Part shown: positions 12,315 through 22,098 of the stretch, piece after piece | How positions within the stretch are numbered: position 1 is the first letter of the stretch | How the letters are laid out: each line of letters opens with the position of its first letter | NCBI GenBank assembly: GCA_034433695.1 | Contig: DAOUAK010000038.1 | Span: 2,758 to 66,757 of the forward strand | Length of the DNA stretch: 64,000 nucleotides | DNA from: Chloroflexia bacterium | GTDB lineage: Bacteria > Chloroflexota > Chloroflexia > DTKN01 | Direction: 5' to 3' | The notes under the pieces: model-generated | Database searches by the model: none | What the model was told of the DNA's origin: nothing | What the model saw: the letters and a program-made list of their open reading frames with translations, nothing else | Made by a program: the position numbers and the translations under genes

Positions 12315-13668
12315 ACGGCTTGCTCTCCTCCTGGCGCTCTTTCTCATGTCTTCCTGTGGCCCGCTGGCTCCGTCTCCGCAGGCGGGAGGTGTCAGGCCGG
12401 CTGGCGTGCCCTCTCAGACGCTTGTTCCCGCACCTACCCCAACGTGGACGCCTGCTCCTACGCAAACCCCCGTCCTCGTTGCCATCGAAGAGGTGATCGA
12501 GGGGGAAATGTGCGGAGCCTTTGACTTCTTCTGGGAACAGGCCAACACCGACCCTGAAAGCCCCGGCTACGGCCTTATCCGAGACCGTTATCCCGGTTCG
12601 GAGGGCATCGCCAGCATCGCCTCGGTCGGTTTCGGCCTCACTGCCTATGTGATTGGGGCGGAAAAGGGCTATGTCACGCGCGAACAGGCCTGCGAACGCG
12701 TGGCCGGCACGCTGGACACCCTCCTGGCCCTCGAGCGCGAACACGGCTTCTACTTCCACTTCCTCGATATGCGAACCGGCAGGCGTGCCTGGCAAAGTGA
12801 GGTCTCCAGCATCGACACCGCCATCCTGTTGATGGGTGTCTTGAGCGCCGGGGAGTACTGCCGCGAGAGCCAGGCCAAGGCCGAAGAAATATACACCGGC
12901 GTGGACTGGCCCTGGTTCGTGGACCCCGATCGGAACATGTTCTACATGGCTTACCGTCCGGAAAAGGGCTTTGAGGGTTATTGGGACTTTTACGCCGAGC
13001 AACTGATGCTCTACGTCCTGGCTGCCGGCTCGCCTACCCATCCGGTTGACCCGGTGGTGTACTATACCTTTACCCGCCACTCGGCCAAATACGGGGAGGG
13101 GCAGCCCTTTATTCACTCCTGGTTCGGCTCGATCTTTACCTACCAGTACAGCCATGCCTGGATCGACTTCCGTGGTCTCACCGACCGTCGGGGCGTGAAC
13201 TGGTTCGACAACTCGGTCGAGGCCTCCCTGGCGCATTACCGCTTCGCCGTGGCGATGGACGAAAAGTACCTGACGCTGGGTCCGCAGGCCTGGGGGTTGA
13301 CCGCCTGCGACAGCCCCCACGGGTACGAGGGACGTTACGGTGCACCCCCCTCCGGCTACGACTACAGACAGCACCTGGTGGATGATACGATTGCCCCCGC
13401 CGGAGCCATCGGCTCCATCCTCTTCCTGCCGGAAGAGGCCAAACAGGCCATGGCCTACTATTACTCCTTGGAAAAACTCCGGGGGCCGTACGGCTTTCAG
13501 GATGCCTTTAACCTGACCGAGAACTGGTTCTCCAGCGATGTCATCGGCATCGACAAGGGCATCTCCCTCTTGATGCTGGCGAATTATCAAAACGACCTGG
13601 TCTACGCCGTTACGATGAAGAATGTGCACATCCAGAATGGACTGGAAAGGCTGGGAATCACGAGATGA
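12307..13668 (+). CDS. GH144-like (glucoamylase-family / endo-beta-1,2-glucanase-like) lipoprotein
   Basis: GTG 12307 gives the signal VNRRLALLLALFLMSSC (lipobox-like) and overlaps the upstream stop. (alpha/alpha)6-type motifs are present: GYGLIRDR, SIASVGFGLTAYVIGAEKGYVTREQA, HGFYFHFLD, SSIDTAILLMG. The family call is from memory. Confidence 0.7.
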   Translation: MNRRLALLLALFLMSSCGPLAPSPQAGGVRPAGVPSQTLVPAPTPTWTPAPTQTPVLVAIEEVIEGEMCGAFDFFWEQANTDPESPGYGLIRDRYPGSEGIASIASVGFGLTAYVIGAEKGYVTREQACERVAGTLDTLLALEREHGFYFHFLDMRTGRRAWQSEVSSIDTAILLMGVLSAGEYCRESQAKAEEIYTGVDWPWFVDPDRNMFYMAYRPEKGFEGYWDFYAEQLMLYVLAAGSPTHPVDPVVYYTFTRHSAKYGEGQPFIHSWFGSIFTYQYSHAWIDFRGLTDRRGVNWFDNSVEASLAHYRFAVAMDEKYLTLGPQAWGLTACDSPHGYEGRYGAPPSGYDYRQHLVDDTIAPAGAIGSILFLPEEAKQAMAYYYSLEKLRGPYGFQDAFNLTENWFSSDVIGIDKGISLLMLANYQNDLVYAVTMKNVHIQNGLERLGITR

Positions 13669-14657
13669 TCACCATCAAAGACGTTGCCCAACGTGCCGGG
13701 GTCAGCATCACCACCGTTTCTTATGTGCTTAACGGCAAGGGGAACATCAGCGAAGCCACACGCCGGGCGGTTCTGGCTGCGGCGGAGGAACTCAACTACC
13801 ATCCTAACGCCCATGCCCGCCACCTGAAGAAGCGGAGAACGCGCACCATCGGTGCCTTTGTCGGCTCTCTGGGTGGCCTGTTCTACGAGGAGATTCTGGA
13901 AGGCGTCCACGCCGCAATCTTGCAAACGGACTATGAACTCATCGTCGTCCCGGAGACACATGCTCCCAGCCGTATTCTCTGCAACCGCCAGGTGGATGCC
14001 GCCATTGTCTTCGACGTCAAGATTCCGGACGATCTGCTGGTCAGCCTGGCCTGGAAACGCTTCCCCATCGTTACCTTCGACCGCTACCTGGAAGCCGAAT
14101 ACGTCTTTCCTCTCCTCGTCGATAACCCTAGCGGTACACGCGAGGTGTTCTACCACCTCTACAACCAGGGAGTCCGGCACTTGGCCTTTGTGGCCGGCGC
14201 TCCCGATTCGTTCGACAATGCCGAGCGCAAGGAAACCTTTCTCGGCGAAGCCGAAAAGCGTGGCCTCAGCGTCCGTTGCTATCAAGGGAACTTTACCGAG
14301 ACCTCCGGCTACCAGATTGCCCGGGAAATTATCGCTTCCCGAGACCTTCCCGAAGCAGTTTTCTGCGCCAACGATCAGATGGCAATCGGCTTCCTGAAGG
14401 CCATGCACGAACACGGCCTGCGCGCCCCCCAGGATATCGCTCTGGTCGGCTTCGACGACATCCCGGTCGCCTGCTACCTGCAACCGCCGCTTTCCACCGT
14501 CCACGTCTCGCGCACGGAATGGGGCCGACAGGCGGTGGTTCGGCTGATCGACTTTCTGGAGCACGATATCTCCTTTCCCCGAGAGCGAATTCCGGTTCGC
14601 TTCGTTGCCCGCGAATCTTCGCTGATCTCACCGCAGTTCCCACGGCCATTGCCATGA
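13665..14657 (+). CDS. LacI family transcriptional regulator
   Basis: N-terminal helix-turn-helix MITIKDVAQRAGVSITTVSYVLNG followed by a periplasmic-binding-like sugar-sensor fold. ATGA overlaps on both sides. Confidence 0.9.
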   Translation: MITIKDVAQRAGVSITTVSYVLNGKGNISEATRRAVLAAAEELNYHPNAHARHLKKRRTRTIGAFVGSLGGLFYEEILEGVHAAILQTDYELIVVPETHAPSRILCNRQVDAAIVFDVKIPDDLLVSLAWKRFPIVTFDRYLEAEYVFPLLVDNPSGTREVFYHLYNQGVRHLAFVAGAPDSFDNAERKETFLGEAEKRGLSVRCYQGNFTETSGYQIAREIIASRDLPEAVFCANDQMAIGFLKAMHEHGLRAPQDIALVGFDDIPVACYLQPPLSTVHVSRTEWGRQAVVRLIDFLEHDISFPRERIPVRFVARESSLISPQFPRPLP

Positions 14658-15946
14658 AAGCAGATACCCTCCTGGCCGAAGAAATTCGGGGGGCGGTCCG
14701 GTTCTTCCTGGAGCATACCAATCTTCACCCGGAAAGCCCCGGCTTTGGCCTGACCGTGGATTCGACCAAGCGGCCGGCCAGGGCTTCCATCGCTTCGACC
14801 GGCTTTGCCCTGACCGCCTGGGTGATCGCGGCCGAACGGGGCCTTATCCCGCAACAAGAGGCCCGCCGAATCGTCCACGGCACGCTCCACACCCTGTTCC
14901 ACCATGCCGACCAGCACCGCGGCTTCTTTGCCCACTTTTTGCACATCGACAGCGCCGGCCGCTTCGGCAAAAGCGAGTACAGCACCATCGACACCGCCCT
15001 CTGCCTGAACGGCGTCATCACCGCAGCCGCATACTTTCACCACGATGCGACCATCGCCGAACTGGCCGCAGGCATCCTCGATCGCGTGGACTGGGATTTC
15101 ATCGTCTTTGAGCGAGATCGAGAGGCCCTCTTCCGTATGGCCTACAACCCTGACCCGGACGGCGATTACGTCAGCGGGCAACCGGGCTTCATCGGCCAGT
15201 GGGATATGGCCGCCGAGCAGAAGATGATGTACCTCCAGGCCTCCCTGCACCTCGAGGCCGGCCTCGCCCGCCGGCTCTACCGGGGCTTTCGCCGCGACAT
15301 CGGCTACCACGAAGGCCGGCCGATCATCATCAACCCCGGCGGCAGCCTCTTTGCCTACCTGTTCAGCGAGGCCTGGCTGGATACCGCCCGCTACCTCGAT
15401 CCCGACGGCGTGGACTGGTTCGAGAACACCCGCCGCGCGGCCCTGGCCAACCGGGCTTTCTGCATCGAGAACTCGACGTGCTTCCGGACTTATCACGCCC
15501 GCAGTTGGGGATTGAGCGCCGGGGATAGCCCGCACGGCTACGACGTCTTTGGCGCCCCTCCCTGCCTGGGCGAACCCTATCACGATGGAACGGTCTCCAT
15601 CTATGCGGCCGTCGCTTGCCTGCCCTTCCTGCCCGAGGAGATCCTGGAAATGATGACCTACCTCCACCGCCATCAGCCGCGCACCTGGGGCCGGTACGGC
15701 TTCTTCGACGCCTACAACCTGGATGTCTCGCCTCCCTGGTACAGCCGGGCCGTTTATGCCATCGACAAGGGCTGCTCGATGATCATGACCGAAAACTATC
15801 TCAGCGGCCTGGTGTGGAGTGTTTACACAAGCAGTCCTTATATCCGCCAGGCTCTCCATACCCTGGGCTTCACCGAACGGGCCGGCCGGCTCCTATCAGG
15901 GCAAAACTCTGGAACAGCATCTCCCGCAGACGGATCGATTCCCTAG
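14654..15946 (+). CDS. GH144-like (endo-beta-1,2-glucanase-like) protein, cytoplasmic paralogue
   Basis: ATG 14654 overlaps the LacI stop. There is no signal peptide. The motif set matches 12307-13668 (SPGFGLTVD, SIASTGFALTAWVIAAERGLI, HRGFFAHFLH, STIDTALCLNG). Confidence 0.7.
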   Translation: MKADTLLAEEIRGAVRFFLEHTNLHPESPGFGLTVDSTKRPARASIASTGFALTAWVIAAERGLIPQQEARRIVHGTLHTLFHHADQHRGFFAHFLHIDSAGRFGKSEYSTIDTALCLNGVITAAAYFHHDATIAELAAGILDRVDWDFIVFERDREALFRMAYNPDPDGDYVSGQPGFIGQWDMAAEQKMMYLQASLHLEAGLARRLYRGFRRDIGYHEGRPIIINPGGSLFAYLFSEAWLDTARYLDPDGVDWFENTRRAALANRAFCIENSTCFRTYHARSWGLSAGDSPHGYDVFGAPPCLGEPYHDGTVSIYAAVACLPFLPEEILEMMTYLHRHQPRTWGRYGFFDAYNLDVSPPWYSRAVYAIDKGCSMIMTENYLSGLVWSVYTSSPYIRQALHTLGFTERAGRLLSGQNSGTASPADGSIP

Positions 15947-15958
15947 AAGGAGGATGCC

Positions 15959-18265
15959 GTGAACCTGACCTTCCGTAAGGGCCTCTTCTGGCTGGATGAC
16001 CGCCCGCTCATACTCCAGGCCGGCGAATTCCATTACTTCCGCACTCCCCCCGACCGGTGGGAGCATCGCCTCGGCCTGCTCAAAGCGGCCGGCTTCAACG
16101 CCGTTGCCTCCTATATCCCCTGGCGCTGGCACGAGCCTGAGGAGGGGCATTTCGACCTGGACGGCCACAGCCACCCGATGCGCAACCTGGCCGGCTTTCT
16201 CGACCTGGCTGCCGAGATGGGCCTTTTCATCATTGCCCGCCCCGGCCCCTACATCATGGCCGAGACGATCAACGAGGGCATCCCCGATTGGGTCTTTTCC
16301 CACTATCCACAGGTCGCTTTCATCGACCAGCACGGCCGGCCGCAGAACATCGTCAGTTACCTGCACCCCGATTTCCCGACCTGCGCCGCCCGCTGGTTGC
16401 GCGCCGTCTTCGGCGTGCTCGCGCCGCGCCAGGTCACACGCGGTGGGCGTATCGTGCTCGTGCAATTGGATAACGAGATGGGCATGATGCACTGGGTACG
16501 TAACATCCTGGACATCCACCCCGATACCCTGGAGCGTTTCGCGACCTGGCTCCGGCAGACCTACGGCGAACAGTTGGCGGAGCGTTACCCGACGACGAAT
16601 CTGGTTTCCTTCCTGCGCCAGGGCATCACCCAGGCGCGGAGTCCCCATGCCGCCCGCACGGTGGAGGATTACCGCCGCTTCTTCCGTGGCTACCTGCGTG
16701 AGTATGCCGCCTTTCTGCTGAACGAAGCGCAGAAAAACGGCCTGGAAGTGCCGCCGGTGATCAACGTCCACGGCTTTGCGAACGGCGGCAAGACCTTTCC
16801 CATCGGGCTTTCCCAACTGGTCGAGGTGATGGAACTGCCCGGCGTGCTCACCGCCACCGATGTCTATCCCGGCTTCATCGGCGAGGGCAACTATCATGAA
16901 CTGCTGCTGGTCAACGAGATGACGCGCGCCCTCCAGAACCCACAGCAACCGCTCTTTTCCATCGAGTTCCAGGCCGGCGGCAACCAGGACTTTGGCGGGG
17001 CGCAGACTTCCTTCTTCGATCTGCATACCCGTCTGAGCCTCTCCGTGGGGATGCGCGCCATCAACCACTACCTCTTCTTCGATGGGGAGAACGACCCCCT
17101 GCTCAGCCCGGTGCGGCGCCACGATTGGGGACACCCCGTGCGCAAAGACGGCAGCCTGCGCCGCCACTACCACCGCTACCCCCAACTTTCCCAGACTCTG
17201 GCGGCCTATGGGGAGGCCCTTGCCCTCGCCCGCCCGCAGACCGTCACCGCCGTCGGCTTCCGGCTGGACGACTTTTCGACCGAGGTCAACACGCCCGCCA
17301 CCGAAGAGGCCACCCGAATTATCACCCACCAGCGCGAGGTGATCCTCTTCGACTTTATCGCCCGTGGTCTGGCGCTGACCCACCGGCCGTTCCGCGCCCT
17401 GGAACTGGGCCGCGCCGCGCTCGATGTACGGGAAACTCCCACCCTCTGGGTGATGAGCGAGCGGCGCTGTGAGGCCGCGATCCAGCGGAAGTTGGTCGAT
17501 TACGTCCGCTCCGGTGGCCGCCTGGCCCTCATCGGCCGGCTGTGTCTGGAGGATGGAGACGGCCGGCCCTGTACATTGTTGCGCGACGCCCTCGGCCTGA
17601 CGGCCGTCCAGAGCGACCCGCCCTTTACCCCCAGCCACATCGACGCCTTTGGCTACACCGACATACCCGTCTCGTTTGTGGAAACCTACCGCGGCGTGTT
17701 CGACCGGGTCATCGCCACCCGGCATGGCGAGACGGTGGGCTTTGTCAGGGCGCTGGGCAAGGGGCAAGTCCTTGTCCTTGGGGCAGCGCTCGAGGCCAAT
17801 ACCCTGGAAGACCTCGACCTCCTGCACCGGATGGCGCTGGAAATAGGCTGCCCCCCCGCCTTCACCCTGAGCGAGTGGGCCGACGTGCGCCTGAGCCGGG
17901 GCGAAAAGGGCGGTTTTCTTTTCATCAACAACTACCAGGATGACCCGATCGAGACCTGCATCGCCTGGCAGGGACAACCCCTCTTTGGCGGGAACGCCAT
18001 CTATCTCCCGGCCCGCCAGGGCGCCATCCTGCCGCTGGACTGGCAGGTAGCCGAAGGGGTTACCCTGCACTATGTCACAGCGGAGGTACGCCGTGTGGAA
18101 CGCCGGCCGGAGTCGCTCATTCTGGGACTGGCCCAGGACGCTTTCGCGGCCGAGTTGAGCCTGAGTGGCTGGGAATGTCCAGAGGCGCAACGCGTATCGG
18201 AGTCTGTCCCTCCCCGTCTGTTCCTGCGGGGGAGGGATGGGCAAATCGTTCTGTACAGACAATGA
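15959..18265 (+). CDS. Glycoside hydrolase family 35 protein (beta-galactosidase-like fold)
   Basis: GTG start follows AAGGAGGA. GH35 N-terminal pattern FWLDDRPLILQAGEFHYFRTPPDRWEHRLGLLKAAGFNAVASYIPWRWHEP...ARPGPYIMAE, plus LDNEMG (acid/base region). Confidence 0.75.
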   Translation: MNLTFRKGLFWLDDRPLILQAGEFHYFRTPPDRWEHRLGLLKAAGFNAVASYIPWRWHEPEEGHFDLDGHSHPMRNLAGFLDLAAEMGLFIIARPGPYIMAETINEGIPDWVFSHYPQVAFIDQHGRPQNIVSYLHPDFPTCAARWLRAVFGVLAPRQVTRGGRIVLVQLDNEMGMMHWVRNILDIHPDTLERFATWLRQTYGEQLAERYPTTNLVSFLRQGITQARSPHAARTVEDYRRFFRGYLREYAAFLLNEAQKNGLEVPPVINVHGFANGGKTFPIGLSQLVEVMELPGVLTATDVYPGFIGEGNYHELLLVNEMTRALQNPQQPLFSIEFQAGGNQDFGGAQTSFFDLHTRLSLSVGMRAINHYLFFDGENDPLLSPVRRHDWGHPVRKDGSLRRHYHRYPQLSQTLAAYGEALALARPQTVTAVGFRLDDFSTEVNTPATEEATRIITHQREVILFDFIARGLALTHRPFRALELGRAALDVRETPTLWVMSERRCEAAIQRKLVDYVRSGGRLALIGRLCLEDGDGRPCTLLRDALGLTAVQSDPPFTPSHIDAFGYTDIPVSFVETYRGVFDRVIATRHGETVGFVRALGKGQVLVLGAALEANTLEDLDLLHRMALEIGCPPAFTLSEWADVRLSRGEKGGFLFINNYQDDPIETCIAWQGQPLFGGNAIYLPARQGAILPLDWQVAEGVTLHYVTAEVRRVERRPESLILGLAQDAFAAELSLSGWECPEAQRVSESVPPRLFLRGRDGQIVLYRQ

Positions 18266-18311
18266 AACGGTGACTCTCTAGCAATGGCATAGGCCCATCA
18301 AGGAGCACACA

Positions 18312-20420
18312 ATGGACGACACCGCGTCTTTCGTCGAGAACCTTCTGGCCCAAATGACCCTCGAAGAAAAGATCGGGCAACTCCACCAGATCCACCTTGA
18401 CGACGATTTCGACCCGGACATGCTACGCCAGGGGCACGTCAGTTCGGTCCTCAACTTGCCTGACACGCTGGCCGGCTACGACCGGAGCGATTCCGGCAGA
18501 GCGGAAGCCGTCAACTACCTGCAGCGGCTGGCGCTGGAAGCCCCCCTCAAGATCCCGCTGCTCGTTGGACGGGATGTGATCCACGGTTTTCGCACCGTCT
18601 TTCCCATCCCGCTGGCCCAGGCCGCCGCGTTCGACCCCGAACTGGCCCGACAGGCCGCCGAGGTCGCCGCCCGCGAGGCCACCGCTTGCGGCATCAAGTG
18701 GACCTTTGCCCCCATGCTCGATATCGCCCGCGACCCGCGCTGGGGACGCATCGCCGAGGGTAACGGTGAAGACCCGGTGCTGGGGGCACGCATGGCCGAG
18801 GCCGTCGTCCGCGGCCTGCAGGGCGAGGATATGTCCCGTCCCGAGAAAATGGTCGCCTGCGCCAAGCACTTTGCCGGGTACGGGGCTGCCGAGGGTGGGC
18901 GGGACTATGAAAACGGCGAAATCTCCGACCCTACCTTGCGGGATATCTACTTGCCTCCCTTTGAGAGCGCCGTGCGCGCCGGGGTCGGGACGGTGATGTC
19001 CGCTTTTATTGACCTGAATGGGATGCCCGCCACCGCGAGTCGCTACCTTCTGACCGACATCCTGCGCGGCGAGTGGGGCTTCGACGGCTTTGTCGTCTCC
19101 GACTGGGAAGCGATCCGCGAACTCGTTGAGCATGGGGTGGCGGAGGACCGGGCCCATGCCGGCCGCCTGGCCCTCCATGCCGGCGTGGATATGGACATGG
19201 TCAGCGGCATCTACCTGGAAACGCTGGCCGAGGGCGTCCGTAACGGGACTGTTCCGATCGAAGAAGTGGACGAAGCCCTGCGCCGCATCCTGCGCATCAA
19301 AAAGCGCGCCGGCCTGTTTGAAAGCCCCTTCACCGATCCCGCCCGAGCCGCCCGGGATTTGCTCACTCCAGATGCGCGCCTGCTTGCCCGGAGGTTCGCC
19401 CGCCAGAGCATGGTACTGCTCAAGAACGAAGGGGGACTGCTCCCGCTGCAGGGCTTTCGCCGCATCCTGGCGGCCGGCCCCTTTGTGCACGCCCAAAGCG
19501 AGTTGTTCGGCACCTGGACGTTCGACGGGCGTGCCGAGGATGTCACCCCGGTCGATCAGGCCCTGCGCCAGACTGCCCCGAAAGATGTGGAACTGTGGTT
19601 CGCCGACTCGGCGGACCTGGCGCTGCGTATGGCATCAGCAGTGGACGCCGTGATCCTGCTGATGGGCGAGCACCCGGTGCGCTCCGGCGAGAACTCCAGC
19701 GTCAGCGATCTGGGTTTGCCACCCGGTCAGGCCGAGTTCATCGCCGCCATCGCCGCCTTGGGCAAGCCGGTGGTGCTGGTCGTCTTTGCCGGGCGCCCAC
19801 TGGCCATGACCCGGCAGGTGGAGCAGGTGCAGGCCGTGCTCTATGCCTGGCATCCGGGGATAGAAGGGGGCATGGCCCTGGGAGAAATCCTCTTCGGCCT
19901 GGAGGCCCCCGGCGGGCGGCTACCGGTGACTTTTCCCCGGGCTACGGGTCAGGTTCCCATCTATTACAATCACAAGAACTCCGGCCGGCCGATCGGTTCA
20001 AACGGGTACTTTACCCGCTACAGCGACCTGCCGTCCTCGCCGCTCTTTCCCTTCGGTTACGGCCTGACCTACACCACCTTTGCGTATGCCAACCTGCGCC
20101 TGAGCAGCGATGTGCTGCGCGGCCATGTGGAGATCAGCGTCGAGGTCACCAACACGGGCCCGCGCCCCGGCCGTGAGGTGGTCCAGTTGTACGTGCGCGA
20201 TCTGGTCGGTTCGCTTACCCGCCCGGTGCGCGAACTCAAGGATTTCCAGAGCGTCGAACTGGACCCCGGCAAAACCACCCGCGTCACCTTTTCCCTGAGC
20301 GAAGACCAACTGGCTTTCACCGGCGCCAGCGGCCGGCGGGGCGTCGAACCCGGAACCTTCCACATCTGGGTCGCTCCTCACAGCCAGGGTGGGTTGCAGG
20401 GAACGATAACGATACCTTAA
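18312..20420 (+). CDS. Glycoside hydrolase family 3 beta-glucosidase (BglX-like)
   Basis: MTLEEKIGQL, the KHFAGYG motif, the nucleophile region GFDGFVVSDW, and a C-terminal fibronectin-like domain. Confidence 0.9.
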   Translation: MDDTASFVENLLAQMTLEEKIGQLHQIHLDDDFDPDMLRQGHVSSVLNLPDTLAGYDRSDSGRAEAVNYLQRLALEAPLKIPLLVGRDVIHGFRTVFPIPLAQAAAFDPELARQAAEVAAREATACGIKWTFAPMLDIARDPRWGRIAEGNGEDPVLGARMAEAVVRGLQGEDMSRPEKMVACAKHFAGYGAAEGGRDYENGEISDPTLRDIYLPPFESAVRAGVGTVMSAFIDLNGMPATASRYLLTDILRGEWGFDGFVVSDWEAIRELVEHGVAEDRAHAGRLALHAGVDMDMVSGIYLETLAEGVRNGTVPIEEVDEALRRILRIKKRAGLFESPFTDPARAARDLLTPDARLLARRFARQSMVLLKNEGGLLPLQGFRRILAAGPFVHAQSELFGTWTFDGRAEDVTPVDQALRQTAPKDVELWFADSADLALRMASAVDAVILLMGEHPVRSGENSSVSDLGLPPGQAEFIAAIAALGKPVVLVVFAGRPLAMTRQVEQVQAVLYAWHPGIEGGMALGEILFGLEAPGGRLPVTFPRATGQVPIYYNHKNSGRPIGSNGYFTRYSDLPSSPLFPFGYGLTYTTFAYANLRLSSDVLRGHVEISVEVTNTGPRPGREVVQLYVRDLVGSLTRPVRELKDFQSVELDPGKTTRVTFSLSEDQLAFTGASGRRGVEPGTFHIWVAPHSQGGLQGTITIP

Positions 20421-20631
20421 GAATCGGGCGGCGACCCAGGGGACACCTCTCGCTCCACCGCCAATAAGTCGGTGTGGAGACGGAGCGGCGCACACGGCGA
20501 CCCACCCCTGACGGTTTCGTTGGTGCCAACGACGCGCACTCCTCCCTCACCTTCCTTTGGGACGGGCTGGCAGACACCGGCTGCTGTACAAAGGGTCTCC
20601 TCCGGAGCCGGGGGAAAATGGGGGGGGCGGA

Positions 20632-20667
20632 TGTCGGCCGGCCGACACCCGCCCCCCGTTTCGCTGG
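20632..20667. terminator. Bidirectional intrinsic terminator between convergent genes
   Basis: GGGGGGCGG (20632-20640) pairs with CCGCCCCCC (20659-20667). An inner palindrome GTCGGCC/GGCCGAC extends the stem. The hairpin is flanked by AAAA on the left and GTTT on the right, and it lies 16 nt past the A2M stop. Confidence 0.65.
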
Positions 20668-20682
20668 GGCGGCAGCGCATCC

Positions 20683-22083
20683 CTACAGCTTCACCACCAC
20701 CATACCCCCTGCCGAACGACCCCAGAGTTCGGGCCGGTACATCGGATAGGCCTCGGCCGGCAGGGCGTGGAAGGTGCCGGCCGTCGTCGCCCGCGCCAGG
20801 TAGGTGAAAGTGTGCGGACCGGGGTCGAGTTCGTTGAAGAAGAGCGCCACGGCGTCATCGTACACATCCTTGCGGCTATAGAGGTAGTGGCCGGCCCCCT
20901 CATAAGCCCGGGCGGCGTAACTCGTGGTCGCCAAGCGCTCGTTCAGCCCTTCCAGCCCGGCCGGGAGGGGGTCGTAGAGGATGACGTAGTAGGCCATCTC
21001 CGGGAAGTTCACCGTCAGATGCACCTCCACCAGGTCGCCCACCCGGAGCGGCCCCTCGATCGGCTTCCCGCCGGGCCGGGTGTACGTCCGCTCCACCCGA
21101 ACCCGGCCGGCCGGCCGGATCTCTTCCTCCACGCTATAGAGGCGCAGGACCACGGTGTAGTATAGCCGGCCGTTCCCGCCGTGGAGCAACCGTACCTCGT
21201 TTTCCCCGATCCGGAGGGCCGTGGCGGGCAATACCACCCTCGCCCCCTGTTCTACCTGGGTAAAGGCTCCCTCGGCCACCGTCTGCCCGTTCACATCCAC
21301 CCGGTAGTTCTGCTGGTCCATCTGCATCTGCACGCTCAGCACATAGTCCGATAGCGCCAGCAGGGCATAGGAGGTTTCCTGGGTGGTGTTCCAGGCGTGG
21401 CCCCGACGCTGCCCCATCAGCCAGCGCACGACCTTGGGAATCAGAGGATGGTCCGGGCGGATGTGCACCAGTGCATCCAGGGCCAGTGCCGTCGAGCGTA
21501 CCGAAGAGGACATGGTCTTCTCCCTGTAGTGGCCGTCCTCGATTCCGGTATCCCAGTAGGCCAGGTCGTCCTTCACCACGGCCTTTTCCGCCAACCTGTC
21601 CACCAGCAGGCCGGCCGTGGCATCGTCTCCGGCGGTGTAGAGGGTCAGGGCCAGCGCGGCCTGGCTAAAGGGGTCAAAGTCCTTCACCTCGCCGTTCAGC
21701 ACCCGGGAAGCCAGTACCTGGGCCCGGCCCGGCTCCACGTGGCCGGCCGTAGCCAGAGCAAAGAGGGCATAGGCCTGGGTGCGGACATCCATCGTGTCCA
21801 GATGTTGGCGCAGGTATTCGGCCCCACGGGCGATCACGCCGTCGTCAATCTCAAAGCCGGCCTGTTCGGTCATCGCCAGACCGAAGAGGATGTAGGCCGT
21901 CTGGTAATCGTGGGAAGGATCGTCGAACCACCAGCCCCAGCCGCCGTCCTCGTGCTGGAAGCCGTAGAGTTTCTGCCGGCCGACGTCCACCATCTTGGGC
22001 AGGTCCGCCTCCAGGCGCTCGTTGCGTACCCCCAGGATCCGGAAAGCCCGACCGATGATCGCATTGGGGAGCACACGGCTCAT
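20683..22083 (-). CDS. Alpha-2-macroglobulin family protein, C-terminal fragment (thioester domain onward)
   Basis: MSRVLPNAIIGRA... follows the thioester motif region. It contains an alpha-helical TED-like segment (FQHEDGGWGWW, ETSYALLAL) and a receptor-binding-like C-terminus. It is in frame with the upstream fragment. Confidence 0.8.
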   Translation of the reverse strand: MSRVLPNAIIGRAFRILGVRNERLEADLPKMVDVGRQKLYGFQHEDGGWGWWFDDPSHDYQTAYILFGLAMTEQAGFEIDDGVIARGAEYLRQHLDTMDVRTQAYALFALATAGHVEPGRAQVLASRVLNGEVKDFDPFSQAALALTLYTAGDDATAGLLVDRLAEKAVVKDDLAYWDTGIEDGHYREKTMSSSVRSTALALDALVHIRPDHPLIPKVVRWLMGQRRGHAWNTTQETSYALLALSDYVLSVQMQMDQQNYRVDVNGQTVAEGAFTQVEQGARVVLPATALRIGENEVRLLHGGNGRLYYTVVLRLYSVEEEIRPAGRVRVERTYTRPGGKPIEGPLRVGDLVEVHLTVNFPEMAYYVILYDPLPAGLEGLNERLATTSYAARAYEGAGHYLYSRKDVYDDAVALFFNELDPGPHTFTYLARATTAGTFHALPAEAYPMYRPELWGRSAGGMVVVKL

Positions 22084-22095
22084 CGTCTGTTCCGT

Positions 22096-22098
22096 TCA
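22096..22098 (-). other. In-frame TGA at the position of the A2M thioester cysteine codon
   Basis: The minus strand reads CTC ATC GAT TAC CCC TTT GGC TGA ACG GAA CAG ACG ATG AGC CGT, which translates as LIDYPFG*TEQTMSR. The canonical A2M/ECAM motif is YP(Y/F)GCxEQT. Confidence 0.9.

Noticed and set aside
20421-20631. A possible small RNA or structured element in the 210-nt gap after the GH3 gene (for example CGCTCC...GGAGCG pairing around 20450-20490).
   Set aside because: I see only short, imperfect complementarities, no promoter-like AT-rich boxes and no terminator of its own. The evidence is insufficient without expression or conservation data.
22096-22098. Global reassignment of TGA (genetic code 4/25) as an explanation for the in-frame TGA in A2M.
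   Set aside because: TGA terminates many well-defined genes here. It does so at the ATGA overlaps at 4410-4413, 6256-6259, 10408-10411, 13665-13668, 14654-14657, 57179-57182 and 45893-45896. TGA is therefore a normal stop in this genome.
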